From NCBI GenBank assembly GCA_900545145.1, contig UQYE01000003.1, positions 1,702 to 65,701 on the forward strand: a DNA stretch of 64,000 bases, in the 5' to 3' direction. This DNA is from an uncultured Collinsella sp. (GTDB lineage: Bacteria > Actinomycetota > Coriobacteriia > Coriobacteriales > Coriobacteriaceae). The position numbers and the translations under genes were made by a program. Positions 9,820 through 18,549 of the stretch are shown here, in pieces. Under the pieces are notes generated by a model that did not search any database, was not told the DNA's origin, and saw nothing but the letters and a program-made list of their open reading frames with translations. Positions within the stretch are counted from its first letter, which is position 1; each line of letters starts with the position of its first letter.

Positions 9820-10863
9820 ATGTATCGCTACATTGGCAATAAGACAAAGCTGTTAGAGCAGATAACATCATTGGCTTCAAATTATCTAAGCCCCGGAGGA
9901 ACTGTTGCCGACTTAATGGCCGGGACTGGGTCCGTAGCTGCTGAGTTTCGTCGACTTGGCTACCGCGTCATCGCTTCTGACATTATGACGTACAGCAAGT
10001 GGCATCTTTATGTGCAGCTGCTCATGAATCGTACGCCTTCTTTCGAGGGGCTGAGCGATTTATCGGTTGAACCTGAGTGCCATTACGTGCAAGTGCTAAA
10101 TTATTTAAATGAACTTGAACCGGTCGAAGGCTACTTCTTCCGCGAGTTTTCTCCTTCAGGGCTTCCTGCAAATGGATGTCCAAGTAGGAAGTACTTTACA
10201 TCGGATAACGCTGCAAAAATCGATGCAATTAGACTTAAGATAAACGAATGGCGCGATGAGGGTAGGATTTGCCAAATGGAGGAGGCGCTTTTGCGTCACA
10301 CTCTGATTATGGCAGTCAACGAAGTGGCAAATATATCTGGAACCTATGGCTATTTCCTGGCAAATTTTACCGCAAGTGCGAAAAATGCCATCCATCTAGC
10401 TCCGGTATCCATTAATACTGGAAGAATTGATAATGTGGTTCTTCAGGGCAGGGCAGAAGACCTTGCTGCTGGGGTTACTGCAGACCTTTGCTATCTGGAC
10501 CCTCCTTATATCAAACGCCAATATGCAGCGAATTATCATATTCTTGAAACGGTCGCACGTGGTGACGAGCCTGTTGCTGCTGGCAAGAGTGGGTTACGTC
10601 CTTGGCGCGATCAGTACTCTGATCTTTGTACAAAAACTAAATCAAAAGATTCCTTCGCTAAGATTATCGAGGATATCCATTGCCCTGTTTGTTTGATTAG
10701 CTATAGCGAAGATGGACTCTTTCCTGTCGAGGATCTTTGCGACGTATTTTCTGCTTACGGAAAAATTGAGGTTAAAGAAATTGCATACAAACGTTTTAGG
10801 TCAAATTGCAGTTCGTTGGCAAATGAAATAAAGGAGTTCATAATAGTGCTGGAAAAATGGTAA
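9820..10863 (+). CDS. DNA adenine methyltransferase (D12 / alpha class)
   Basis: YIGNKTKL, DLMAGTGSVA, YLDPPY..RQYAANYH, ISYSEDG. Confidence 0.9.
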   Translation: MYRYIGNKTKLLEQITSLASNYLSPGGTVADLMAGTGSVAAEFRRLGYRVIASDIMTYSKWHLYVQLLMNRTPSFEGLSDLSVEPECHYVQVLNYLNELEPVEGYFFREFSPSGLPANGCPSRKYFTSDNAAKIDAIRLKINEWRDEGRICQMEEALLRHTLIMAVNEVANISGTYGYFLANFTASAKNAIHLAPVSINTGRIDNVVLQGRAEDLAAGVTADLCYLDPPYIKRQYAANYHILETVARGDEPVAAGKSGLRPWRDQYSDLCTKTKSKDSFAKIIEDIHCPVCLISYSEDGLFPVEDLCDVFSAYGKIEVKEIAYKRFRSNCSSLANEIKEFIIVLEKW

Positions 10864-10887
10864 GCACCGATTGAACGAGGCGGTCGA

Positions 10888-11532
10888 ATGTTATTTGTGG
10901 ATGAGATTATGTACCGTCACCTGACTGCCGCTGACTTTCGCAATATCGAAGGTATTAAAAAGCCTGATGGAGGCGGTGGCCAGACTTATATCGACCTTTC
11001 CGGTATTGACCCAAATGAGGCCGTGGAGTTTTTCAAATACTGCCAGATTGACGAAGACAACCTGAAGGCAAAGGAGATTGAAGAGGGTACGCCCCCTTAC
11101 AGAGTCGACCTTATACAGACGGGCGGCGTCGATTGCGAATATAACATGCAGGTCTATAAGCGAAGACCTAAAAACTATACGATTCGCGACCAGTTCAATA
11201 ATCGTTTCCCGGGGTGGTCTGTACGAGCCGGTTTTCCTACTATAGTCGGAGAGGGAAAACCATTTTGTGCTGGTGGTTCATATGATAATGACGAAACCGA
11301 CCCATACGTCCAGCCCATCATTGCACATCTGACGATTTATATTGTTAGAACCATTAACCGGTTATATTTTGCTGACTACCTCTCTGATGCTGAAATCCCA
11401 AAAGCCTGGCCTCTTGGTTTTGGTCTCGAAAAGCTCTTAAAAGCAAGCGAAAATGAAAAAGCAGCCGGAATTATCAAGCCCCGTGGGCTCATAGAATTTG
11501 TCAATCGTCGAGAAAGCGTGAGTGCCAAATGA
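10888..11532 (+). CDS. Hypothetical protein, candidate DNA-recognition subunit of the McrBC-like restriction module
   Basis: Lies between the MTase and McrB; its stop overlaps the mcrB start (ATGA); function inferred from position only. Confidence 0.65.
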   Translation: MLFVDEIMYRHLTAADFRNIEGIKKPDGGGGQTYIDLSGIDPNEAVEFFKYCQIDEDNLKAKEIEEGTPPYRVDLIQTGGVDCEYNMQVYKRRPKNYTIRDQFNNRFPGWSVRAGFPTIVGEGKPFCAGGSYDNDETDPYVQPIIAHLTIYIVRTINRLYFADYLSDAEIPKAWPLGFGLEKLLKASENEKAAGIIKPRGLIEFVNRRESVSAK

Positions 11533-12419
11533 CGTTTAGGAGTACCGACGCTACAAGATATAACAAAAGCGATTTTCTTGAAGAAGTCTATATGGACGAA
11601 GCGTCTTACGATGCAATCGTCTCGTTGCTTAAGAGAAAAAAGAATATCATTCTCCAGGGTGCGCCGGGTACGGGGAAAACCTTTGCTGCTACACGATTGG
11701 CATATTCGCTCATGGGCGCTACCGATAATACGTGTATAGAGAAGGTTCAATTTCATCAAGGATCTTCTTATGAGGATTATATAGTCGGTTTTAAACCTAC
11801 GGCTGATGGGCTTTTCGCTGCTCAGGAGGGTTTGTTTACCAAGTTTTTTCGTCGAGCGTCAGATAGAAGCCATCGGTTTGAAAATTATTACCTCATAATC
11901 GACGAAATTAATAGAGCAAATCTTTCAAAAGTATTTGGAGAACTGCTCATGTTAATTGAAGCTGACCATCGTGGTGAGTCATTGGTGGTTCCGGGATTGC
12001 CAGAACCGTTAACGGTTCCGAAGAATCTATTTATAATTGGCATGATGAATACCGCCGATCGCGGTCTCGCGCTGGTTGATTATGCGCTTCGAAGGAGATT
12101 CGCGTTTTACTCTATGAGTCCGGCGCTCAATCAGCGCTCATTTATAGACTATATTGATTCATTGGGTAACGATAGACTAACCTCGCTCGTCGATGCTGTT
12201 CGTCGATTAAATGATGTCATTTCGCATGACTCTTCGCTTGGGGAGGGTTTTTGTATCGGGCATAGCTATTTTTGTTTCGATTCTGCCCCTACGGATATTG
12301 AGGTCAAGTCTATCGTTGACTATGAACTGCGGCCTCTTCTTCAAGAGTATTGGTTTGATTCGTCCGATAAGGAAATCTTAGATGAACAGGTTTCTCTTTT
12401 GTATGAGGCTATAGATTAG
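11529..12419 (+). CDS. mcrB: McrB-family AAA+ GTPase (core only, no N-terminal specificity domain)
   Basis: GAPGTGKT, VQFHQGSSYEDYI, IIDEINRAN, MNTADR, ALRRRF, IGHSYF, LLQEYWFD. Confidence 0.92.
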   Translation: MTFRSTDATRYNKSDFLEEVYMDEASYDAIVSLLKRKKNIILQGAPGTGKTFAATRLAYSLMGATDNTCIEKVQFHQGSSYEDYIVGFKPTADGLFAAQEGLFTKFFRRASDRSHRFENYYLIIDEINRANLSKVFGELLMLIEADHRGESLVVPGLPEPLTVPKNLFIIGMMNTADRGLALVDYALRRRFAFYSMSPALNQRSFIDYIDSLGNDRLTSLVDAVRRLNDVISHDSSLGEGFCIGHSYFCFDSAPTDIEVKSIVDYELRPLLQEYWFDSSDKEILDEQVSLLYEAID

Positions 12420-12420
12420 G

Positions 12421-13557
12421 ATGTCCAATACGGCTGCGAACAACGTCGCAATCCGTAACATTTTATATATGATTGCGTATGCGACTGGTATTTCCGGTAG
12501 TGATGCGGAAGCGGTGTTCGCGGACACCTTGAAGGCAGTCGGCAAAGAGCCGTTCGATGGACTCGGTGAGCTTTTTGCAATTATCTTGAATGATGCTGTA
12601 AAAAGAGAGTATTTGCGAGGGCTTGAGCGTGTCTATTCGCCTCATGAAGAGCCTCTTGCAGTCCTGAGAGGTCGGCCGCTGATTCAGAAAAGCATCGCTT
12701 TAAAAGCTCGGGGGACAATGCGTTTGCAGTGTCTATATGACAGCTTCACAGCCAATACCTATATGAATCAAATTGTTAAAACTGCAATAATTCAATTAAT
12801 CCGCAGCCATGATGTTTCTCCGCGAACGCGAAAGGGACTCAGGGCAAGCGCACTATACCTATCTACTGTCGATTCACTCGAGGCTAATTCGATTGATTGG
12901 AGACTGGTTAGGTACAACAAACTCAATCAGAGTTATCGATTCTTGATGGCGGTTTGCCGGATGGTTTTGGAGAAGAGCATTCCTGTTCATGATGAAAACG
13001 GTAATGCGGAATTTTCGTCTATGTTGAGCAGCCAGAGGCTCTCTTCTCTATTTGAGAAGTTTATACGTGAATATTATCGCAGACATTTTCCGCGGTTAAT
13101 GCCTGCTGCGCCTATCGTTGACTATGGTATTGGCGTAAGGTCTCAATACCTACCAAGGTTGCGCACGGATGTCGTGCTAACAGGGCCTAGCTATAAACTA
13201 GTGATAGATGCTAAGTGCTATGGAACAATTCTTGGAACACACTGCGAGAAAAAGATACTGAGTCCTGAACATAGAAATCAGATATTTAGTTATGTTATGC
13301 ATTGTGCGCAGCGAAACGCGAGCGTATCCGGAATGCTGCTCTATGCCCAAACGTCTATGGAGGGTCCGCTGGATGAATGCTGGTATGAACTTGGCCACTG
13401 GTTCTACCTTAAAACTCTTGATTTGAATAAACCATTCGAGAATATTGCTGAACAACTCAATGAAATTGGCGACCGTATGATGTCGGGCCTATTTGTGCAT
13501 TCCAAAGACGTCTCGGAACGGGAATTGCTTGAAGCCGAAAAGGGGCAGATAGACTAA
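12421..13557 (+). CDS. mcrC: McrC-family restriction endonuclease subunit
   Basis: IRNILYMIAYA, LFEKFIREYY, LRTDVVL...VIDAKCY, QIFSYV, GMLLYA. Confidence 0.9.
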   Translation: MSNTAANNVAIRNILYMIAYATGISGSDAEAVFADTLKAVGKEPFDGLGELFAIILNDAVKREYLRGLERVYSPHEEPLAVLRGRPLIQKSIALKARGTMRLQCLYDSFTANTYMNQIVKTAIIQLIRSHDVSPRTRKGLRASALYLSTVDSLEANSIDWRLVRYNKLNQSYRFLMAVCRMVLEKSIPVHDENGNAEFSSMLSSQRLSSLFEKFIREYYRRHFPRLMPAAPIVDYGIGVRSQYLPRLRTDVVLTGPSYKLVIDAKCYGTILGTHCEKKILSPEHRNQIFSYVMHCAQRNASVSGMLLYAQTSMEGPLDECWYELGHWFYLKTLDLNKPFENIAEQLNEIGDRMMSGLFVHSKDVSERELLEAEKGQID

Positions 13558-13561
13558 GTAA

Positions 13562-13584
13562 TTTGGGTGTTGATCCGTTTGGAT
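13562..13584 (+). repeat. 23-bp direct repeat, copy 1 (copy 2 at 28665-28688)
   Basis: TTTGGGTGTTGATCCGTTTGGAT versus TTTGGGTGTTTGATCCGTTTGGAT. Confidence 0.65.
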
Positions 13585-13718
13585 ACTGCAGAATACCGTG
13601 AAAGTCGCCGTTGCTGTTGCTCCAGCGTATGAGACCTATGCGCTCATCGGTTCTGTTTTATTACTAGCGGTCTGCCCTTCGGCGCTTCCGCATGCAGCCC
13701 TTGCACATGTCGACCGGT

Positions 13719-15878
13719 TCAGTTCTGCTTTTCCGGGTCATATCCCTTTGTATACACGGTAAAGCTAAGGTCTTCAATCGTTCCGGTGCTGTAGATGCAT
13801 GCGTCGGGCGTGCTCCATGTGTCTTGGACGGTCGGGTCAGTCCAGACATATTCGGGCTCATCGATTCCAAGCAATGGAATGGGCCTCGCCACGTGGTCGG
13901 CGTTATTTATCTGTACAATGATCTCCAACAACATGTGCAGTTTTACATGCCATGAGCTGTATGGATGCTCATCTGGCCCCTTGTAATCCAGTGTGCACTT
14001 TGATTGTGGGCTTTCGGCGAGCTGGCTCAAACATTCAAAAAGCGTCGGGTACTCGGCTCCAGGAAACTCGACTTGTACATACCGATTGCCATCGCGGACA
14101 AATCCGTACCACAGCACGGGGTATGGATACTCGAGCCTATCCGGCCGCTTGATTTTCGCTCTACAATTGGGCTGGTTGACGATAGACAGCCACGTCCTAT
14201 AGAGCTCATCGGAAATGAGGTCGTTCGCTTGGTATGCTGGGCCAAGACCATCGAGGACAAAGCTGCCGAGGCGCTCAAAATAGTGGGCACAATCCGTTAG
14301 GCCCTTTTCATATGCCGTTTCGGTCTTTCTCTGTATATTAAGCGCGACATCGCGGGGCGATTTACGACCAAGATGCTTCTTGGCGTTAAAGCGCGGGTTG
14401 CAATAGAGCTTGGTCGCCGCGTTATATCGATCGCAGTACTTGCTGTTAGGACCGGTCGGAAAAAAGAGCGAACCGCAGGTTTGGCATGCTATCGGCATAA
14501 TGCCGCACAGCAGCAGCTCGTGAAGGATGCGGGCATAAAGGCTTGCAAAGGACCATTCCTCTTCGGTGAAGTAGAGCTCTCCTGCCTTTGAAATAACGGC
14601 TTGAAGCCCAACGAGCCTATTGAGGTTTTCCTGGTCGTTAAGCTCTGCATGCGTATGGAAGTCTCCATTTGCGAAGATCTGGTTCTCGCGCATAGCTTCG
14701 AGATAGTTTTTACGAAACGCCTGCATAAAGGGGGCGCTGTTCATGCGCTTTATTCCATTCAAATGCTCTTCGAGCTTTTGGGCCGTTTCGTTTCCGGGCA
14801 AGTGTTTTTTGGCTTCGTATACAAAAGCTTCGCCAAAGCGGATGATTGCCGGCAGCTGCTCATCGAATAATCGAAATTGTCGCGGGTCGCTTGTTTTGAT
14901 GGCGGCTGGGAAAAACTCTTCGTTTTGCGCGAGCAGGCTAGGTGCCTCGGTGTTTTTAAGCAGCGGGGTAAGCTCCAGACATTCCTGATAAAAAACAATG
15001 AGAAGCGCTCGAAAGAGATCGATATTGGTGCAGACGCAAGCTGTTTCTATCTGAGATTTCGCCTTGGGAAAGTTGCGTATAGGATTGTCGCGGTCATACG
15101 GCACCGGTGCTGTTAGATTGGTCTCGCCGTTGGTAGCGTTAATGCTCATGTCGTTCGACTCGAGCTGGAGATAGGAGCTGAAGAGGGACGCCATTTCTTG
15201 CTTGTTGAGTTGGTCCGATGTTGTAATCACCGCGCGGTACAGGCGGTTGATCTCGTCGCACTCAATAGCGTTGTTGTTCATCCAGCAGCTGTAATAGCGA
15301 TAGTCGGGAATCGCCGTGATGTTCATGACACACTGTCTACAGACATTTTTAAGGAGATATCTGGCCATGCCGGAAATCTCTCCGTGTGCATGGCTTGTAA
15401 TGGCTTCGTCGAATATCGGAGCAAAGAAATCGAGGTCGCGTTCCTTTTGTTTTTGAAGGTTGATAGCGATTTCAGCTTCGTTCAATTCTGCTTGGGTGGG
15501 CTCTTGGTCGGGATCGTCTGGATCGAGCCGATCGTCATAGTCTTGCTCGGCTGCACAGTCTATCGAAGCGTGTTGCGCATGGTGGAGAGCAGCAGAGGAC
15601 TGGCGCATGGCGTTCTGCAAATCAATATAAAAGCGCTGGTTTGCTCGCTTACGAAAGTGCCCCCCGATTTCGTTGAAAAGCGAGCTTAAGTCGACGCGCA
15701 ATAGGTCGTTGGCTATGGAGACGAGACTCCATGCGTTTGCATTGCCGGATGTGTTTCCGTCGCCGGCACAATCAATCTCCGGCGTCCTGTTAAGAAGTAG
15801 CATACGGGGATTGACAGGGGAGCGAAGAAAACCAGCCTCAAAACCCCAGCTAAATGCTTCTTTTTCGGACTTATGCAT
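13719..15878 (-). CDS. Hypothetical protein with C-terminal Cys cluster (DUF6076/CGNR-like zinc finger, tentative)
   Basis: 719-aa ORF with GGAG RBS; CQTCGSLFFPTGPNSKYCDR...YCN. Confidence 0.7.
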   Translation of the reverse strand: MHKSEKEAFSWGFEAGFLRSPVNPRMLLLNRTPEIDCAGDGNTSGNANAWSLVSIANDLLRVDLSSLFNEIGGHFRKRANQRFYIDLQNAMRQSSAALHHAQHASIDCAAEQDYDDRLDPDDPDQEPTQAELNEAEIAINLQKQKERDLDFFAPIFDEAITSHAHGEISGMARYLLKNVCRQCVMNITAIPDYRYYSCWMNNNAIECDEINRLYRAVITTSDQLNKQEMASLFSSYLQLESNDMSINATNGETNLTAPVPYDRDNPIRNFPKAKSQIETACVCTNIDLFRALLIVFYQECLELTPLLKNTEAPSLLAQNEEFFPAAIKTSDPRQFRLFDEQLPAIIRFGEAFVYEAKKHLPGNETAQKLEEHLNGIKRMNSAPFMQAFRKNYLEAMRENQIFANGDFHTHAELNDQENLNRLVGLQAVISKAGELYFTEEEWSFASLYARILHELLLCGIMPIACQTCGSLFFPTGPNSKYCDRYNAATKLYCNPRFNAKKHLGRKSPRDVALNIQRKTETAYEKGLTDCAHYFERLGSFVLDGLGPAYQANDLISDELYRTWLSIVNQPNCRAKIKRPDRLEYPYPVLWYGFVRDGNRYVQVEFPGAEYPTLFECLSQLAESPQSKCTLDYKGPDEHPYSSWHVKLHMLLEIIVQINNADHVARPIPLLGIDEPEYVWTDPTVQDTWSTPDACIYSTGTIEDLSFTVYTKGYDPEKQN

Positions 15879-15987
15879 TGATGCTCCAAACAGCCAAAAT
15901 TTAAAACGCGATAAAAGTCATATTACGCGGCTGTTTGCGGTTGTTCAATGGAGTCAAGCGAAAAGGGTTAAAACCAGGGAGGCCGTT

Positions 15988-16314
15988 ATGCCCGATTGCA
16001 TCAAGCTCAACGAAGGAAACATCGATGTGTGCGAGCGCGAGGTTATCGCTCTTCGCGAGATTATCGCCGCCGCCATGGGTCGCTTGCATCAGATGCGCAG
16101 GCAGTGCGAGCGAGGCTACGCGTCTTCGGAGGATTTCGAGAATGCGTTGGATGTTTACGGAGTGATCCGTGGGCGAGTCGATGAGCTTGACCAGCTTGGT
16201 TTCGAGTTCAGATGGTCGTCAGTTCCCGATGCAGGGATCGATGAGTGCGTCGGGCTCGAATGGATTGAGGACGACAGCTCTCCACGAGATCGCGGTTTCG
16301 ATATCGCTTGTTAG
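15988..16314 (+). CDS. Small hypothetical protein
   Basis: RBS GGGAGG before ATG 15988; 108 aa. Confidence 0.65.
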   Translation: MPDCIKLNEGNIDVCEREVIALREIIAAAMGRLHQMRRQCERGYASSEDFENALDVYGVIRGRVDELDQLGFEFRWSSVPDAGIDECVGLEWIEDDSSPRDRGFDIAC

Positions 16315-16326
16315 TGTGTCCGCACG
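16291..16326 (+). repeat. 36-bp direct repeat, copy 1
   Basis: CGCGGTTTCGATATCGCTTGTTAGTGTGTCCGCACG; 34/36 identical to 17372-17407. Confidence 0.85.
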
Positions 16327-16427
16327 ACTTGGTATCAATGTGGGCGAACAATCTCTAATCGGAGCCGACTAGAGGCTGCATCCTAGTTGCCGGCGTTTCC
16401 GGTTTGATCTCTGTTGAAAGGAAAATC

Positions 16428-17252
16428 GTGAACACTTCTATCCAAATTCCATCCAGCGCCGTTGAGACCGCGCCCCGCACCGCCAAGGGCGAGGTCGTCA
16501 AGCTCGTGCAGGGCGCGCCGCTTATTGCCGCCGCCGCGATTGCCGTTGTCGGCATCGCCTCCGTCGCCGCCCCGTTTTGCGTTTGGAAGGGCGAGGTCGC
16601 GCTGTTCCTGAACGAGTCGTTCCACACCAACTGCTCAGTTTCTGCGATCGCGGAGTACGCGTCGGCGGCGCCCGGGTCCGATTGGGCGTCGCTGCTCGTG
16701 GCTGTGCTCATTGCGGCGTACCCCGCCTACCATGCCGTCTGGCGCGTCCGCGAGGGCTTTGGGCTCAGCTGCGAGGCACCGGTGTTCAGCAAGCGTGTGT
16801 CTCGCCTTCTTGCCGCGGTGAGCGCCTGTCTGCTGCTGTCAATGCCGTTCATGGGCTATGGAACGAGTTGGCTCATCAACGGCAGCGCGATGGGTGACCA
16901 GGGCCTTGTTGAGTCGGGGCACAATGCATGGGCCGTTTCCATCATGATCATGCTGGGCTGCGCCCTGATGTGCCTGTTCAAGTGGTTCCTTGCCAAGGGG
17001 CCCGGACGCAATTTCGGTAGTGGCTTCGCTGTCGAGCTTGTCCGCCTCGCCGACGTCCTGCTGAAGCGCGCGAGCTCGAACCTGGTGTTGTGCTACGTGG
17101 CCGAGCTGCTTGCCTGCCTGCTGGCGCTGGCCTTCATTGCCGTGGCCTATGTCGTCGTGAGCGTGGCCATCGCGCTTGCGTTCGCAGCCGTAGCCTTGGT
17201 GGTGTGCCTTGCCGGGATTCCCATTATCCTTGCTGCCTCGTGGCGTAGGTAG
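16428..17252 (+). CDS. Multi-pass membrane protein, unknown function
   Basis: RBS GAAAGGA + GTG; several hydrophobic segments. Confidence 0.75.
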   Translation: MNTSIQIPSSAVETAPRTAKGEVVKLVQGAPLIAAAAIAVVGIASVAAPFCVWKGEVALFLNESFHTNCSVSAIAEYASAAPGSDWASLLVAVLIAAYPAYHAVWRVREGFGLSCEAPVFSKRVSRLLAAVSACLLLSMPFMGYGTSWLINGSAMGDQGLVESGHNAWAVSIMIMLGCALMCLFKWFLAKGPGRNFGSGFAVELVRLADVLLKRASSNLVLCYVAELLACLLALAFIAVAYVVVSVAIALAFAAVALVVCLAGIPIILAASWRR

Positions 17253-17283
17253 CGGGGCGACCATGCGAGTTCTTATCGCGGCG

Positions 17284-17340
17284 TGAGAAAAACTTGCAGA
17301 AATCGCAAGCTCTTGTCACGCGATGAGAAAAACTTGCAGA
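17284..17340 (+). repeat. Two perfect 17-bp direct repeats at 40-bp spacing
   Basis: TGAGAAAAACTTGCAGA at 17284-17300 and 17324-17340. Confidence 0.85.
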
Positions 17341-17371
17341 TTGGCGCGAGGGCGACAACTTTCCGCGCGAG

Positions 17372-17407
17372 CGCGGTTTCGATATCGCTTGTTAATGTGT
17401 CCGTACG
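17372..17407 (+). repeat. 36-bp direct repeat, copy 2
   Basis: CGCGGTTTCGATATCGCTTGTTAATGTGTCCGTACG. Confidence 0.85.
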
Positions 17408-17449
17408 GCAGCATAAGCTAACAAACCAATATGAGTGATTGGAGACAAA

Positions 17450-18070
17450 ATGTATCCGGACTATGAGTGCAACAACAATCCCATGAGCATTACGGATGAG
17501 GACGGTCCGTTCCTGGTCATGGAGGCGGAGCTGTTTTACAACGATGAGCTGAACGATGAGTTCAAGAAGAGCAGGGCGCGCCATTACTATTCTTGCGCAA
17601 GTGCTGCTACGGCACTTTTTTACTGCAAATCGCTTGCAGACAAGGACGACAATCCCTGGTATGTAAGCTGGGAAAAGGCGGTCGAGCAGTATCCGCTGGA
17701 GAAGTGCGAGAGCGCAACGATGCTCTATTGGGTTGAGCCGACCGATCCTTTAACGGCCCTCGATGCCCGCTACCCCCAATACGACCTTGAGCCATATGTA
17801 AGTAAGGCCATCCGCGTCGCCAGCTCATATTTGCTGGAGCTCCACGATAGTGCGTATTCGATTGATCAGTTGGATGTTGAGGATGTTGACAACCTGCTCA
17901 CTGCTGCCTGGTTTTTGATCCAGAAACTCCAGGAGGGCGGGTGCATGCATGATCCAGAAGCCCTGGATAAGATTGAAGACGCTACGTATGACGCCTATTC
18001 AGCGGTCAGGAAATTGATTGAGGACGAAGAAGCGGCCAGGGCCAGTTCGAAGTCTGATGAGAATCTCTAG
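17450..18070 (+). CDS. Acidic hypothetical protein
   Basis: GGAG RBS before ATG 17450; D/E-rich, 206 aa. Confidence 0.7.
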   Translation: MYPDYECNNNPMSITDEDGPFLVMEAELFYNDELNDEFKKSRARHYYSCASAATALFYCKSLADKDDNPWYVSWEKAVEQYPLEKCESATMLYWVEPTDPLTALDARYPQYDLEPYVSKAIRVASSYLLELHDSAYSIDQLDVEDVDNLLTAAWFLIQKLQEGGCMHDPEALDKIEDATYDAYSAVRKLIEDEEAARASSKSDENL

Positions 18071-18095
18071 CCGCTGCATTGAACGGCGCGCCTGA

Positions 18096-18132
18096 TCGGT
18101 AGGCTGTCGGAAAAGACCGGACAGCCTACCGA
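18096..18132. terminator. Hairpin with perfect 13-bp stem, probable terminator
   Basis: TCGGTAGGCTGTC...GACAGCCTACCGA just after the stop at 18070. Confidence 0.6.
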
Positions 18133-18549
18133 CCCTAGTTGCTACATTGTTTCCTTACTCGCGGCGTAATGTTCCGCCTGCTTAAGGGCGTCCTCGTAGG
18201 CGCGCTGTTTTGCTTCGTACTCTTGGGCATAGCGCTCCTGTTCCGCTTGCCCGGGAACAGGCACGGTCATGCTTCGGGGATCTTTGGGAGATAACTGTGC
18301 AAGCGAGTCTCCGTGCGAGGTGTCCCTGATGCGTGTCGCCCTTGTAGTGATTGACGCTGAAGAACGCGAGGTATTGGAGTGCGATCTTAAGAAGTTGCTC
18401 GCTTCGTGCGAGTAATCGCCGACTGTCTCTCTTTCCTTTCTTTCTTTTTTCAGGCGGCATGGACGCCGCCACCTCAACCGCCCTGCGTGAGTTTTTGTCC
18501 GCACGGGATGATATTCAACACATGCAACAACTAAATCGGAGGTTTGACC

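Noticed and set aside
16291..17407. CRISPR array from the 36-bp or 17-bp repeats
   Set aside because: Only two copies of each, spacing is not array-like, and there are no cas genes.
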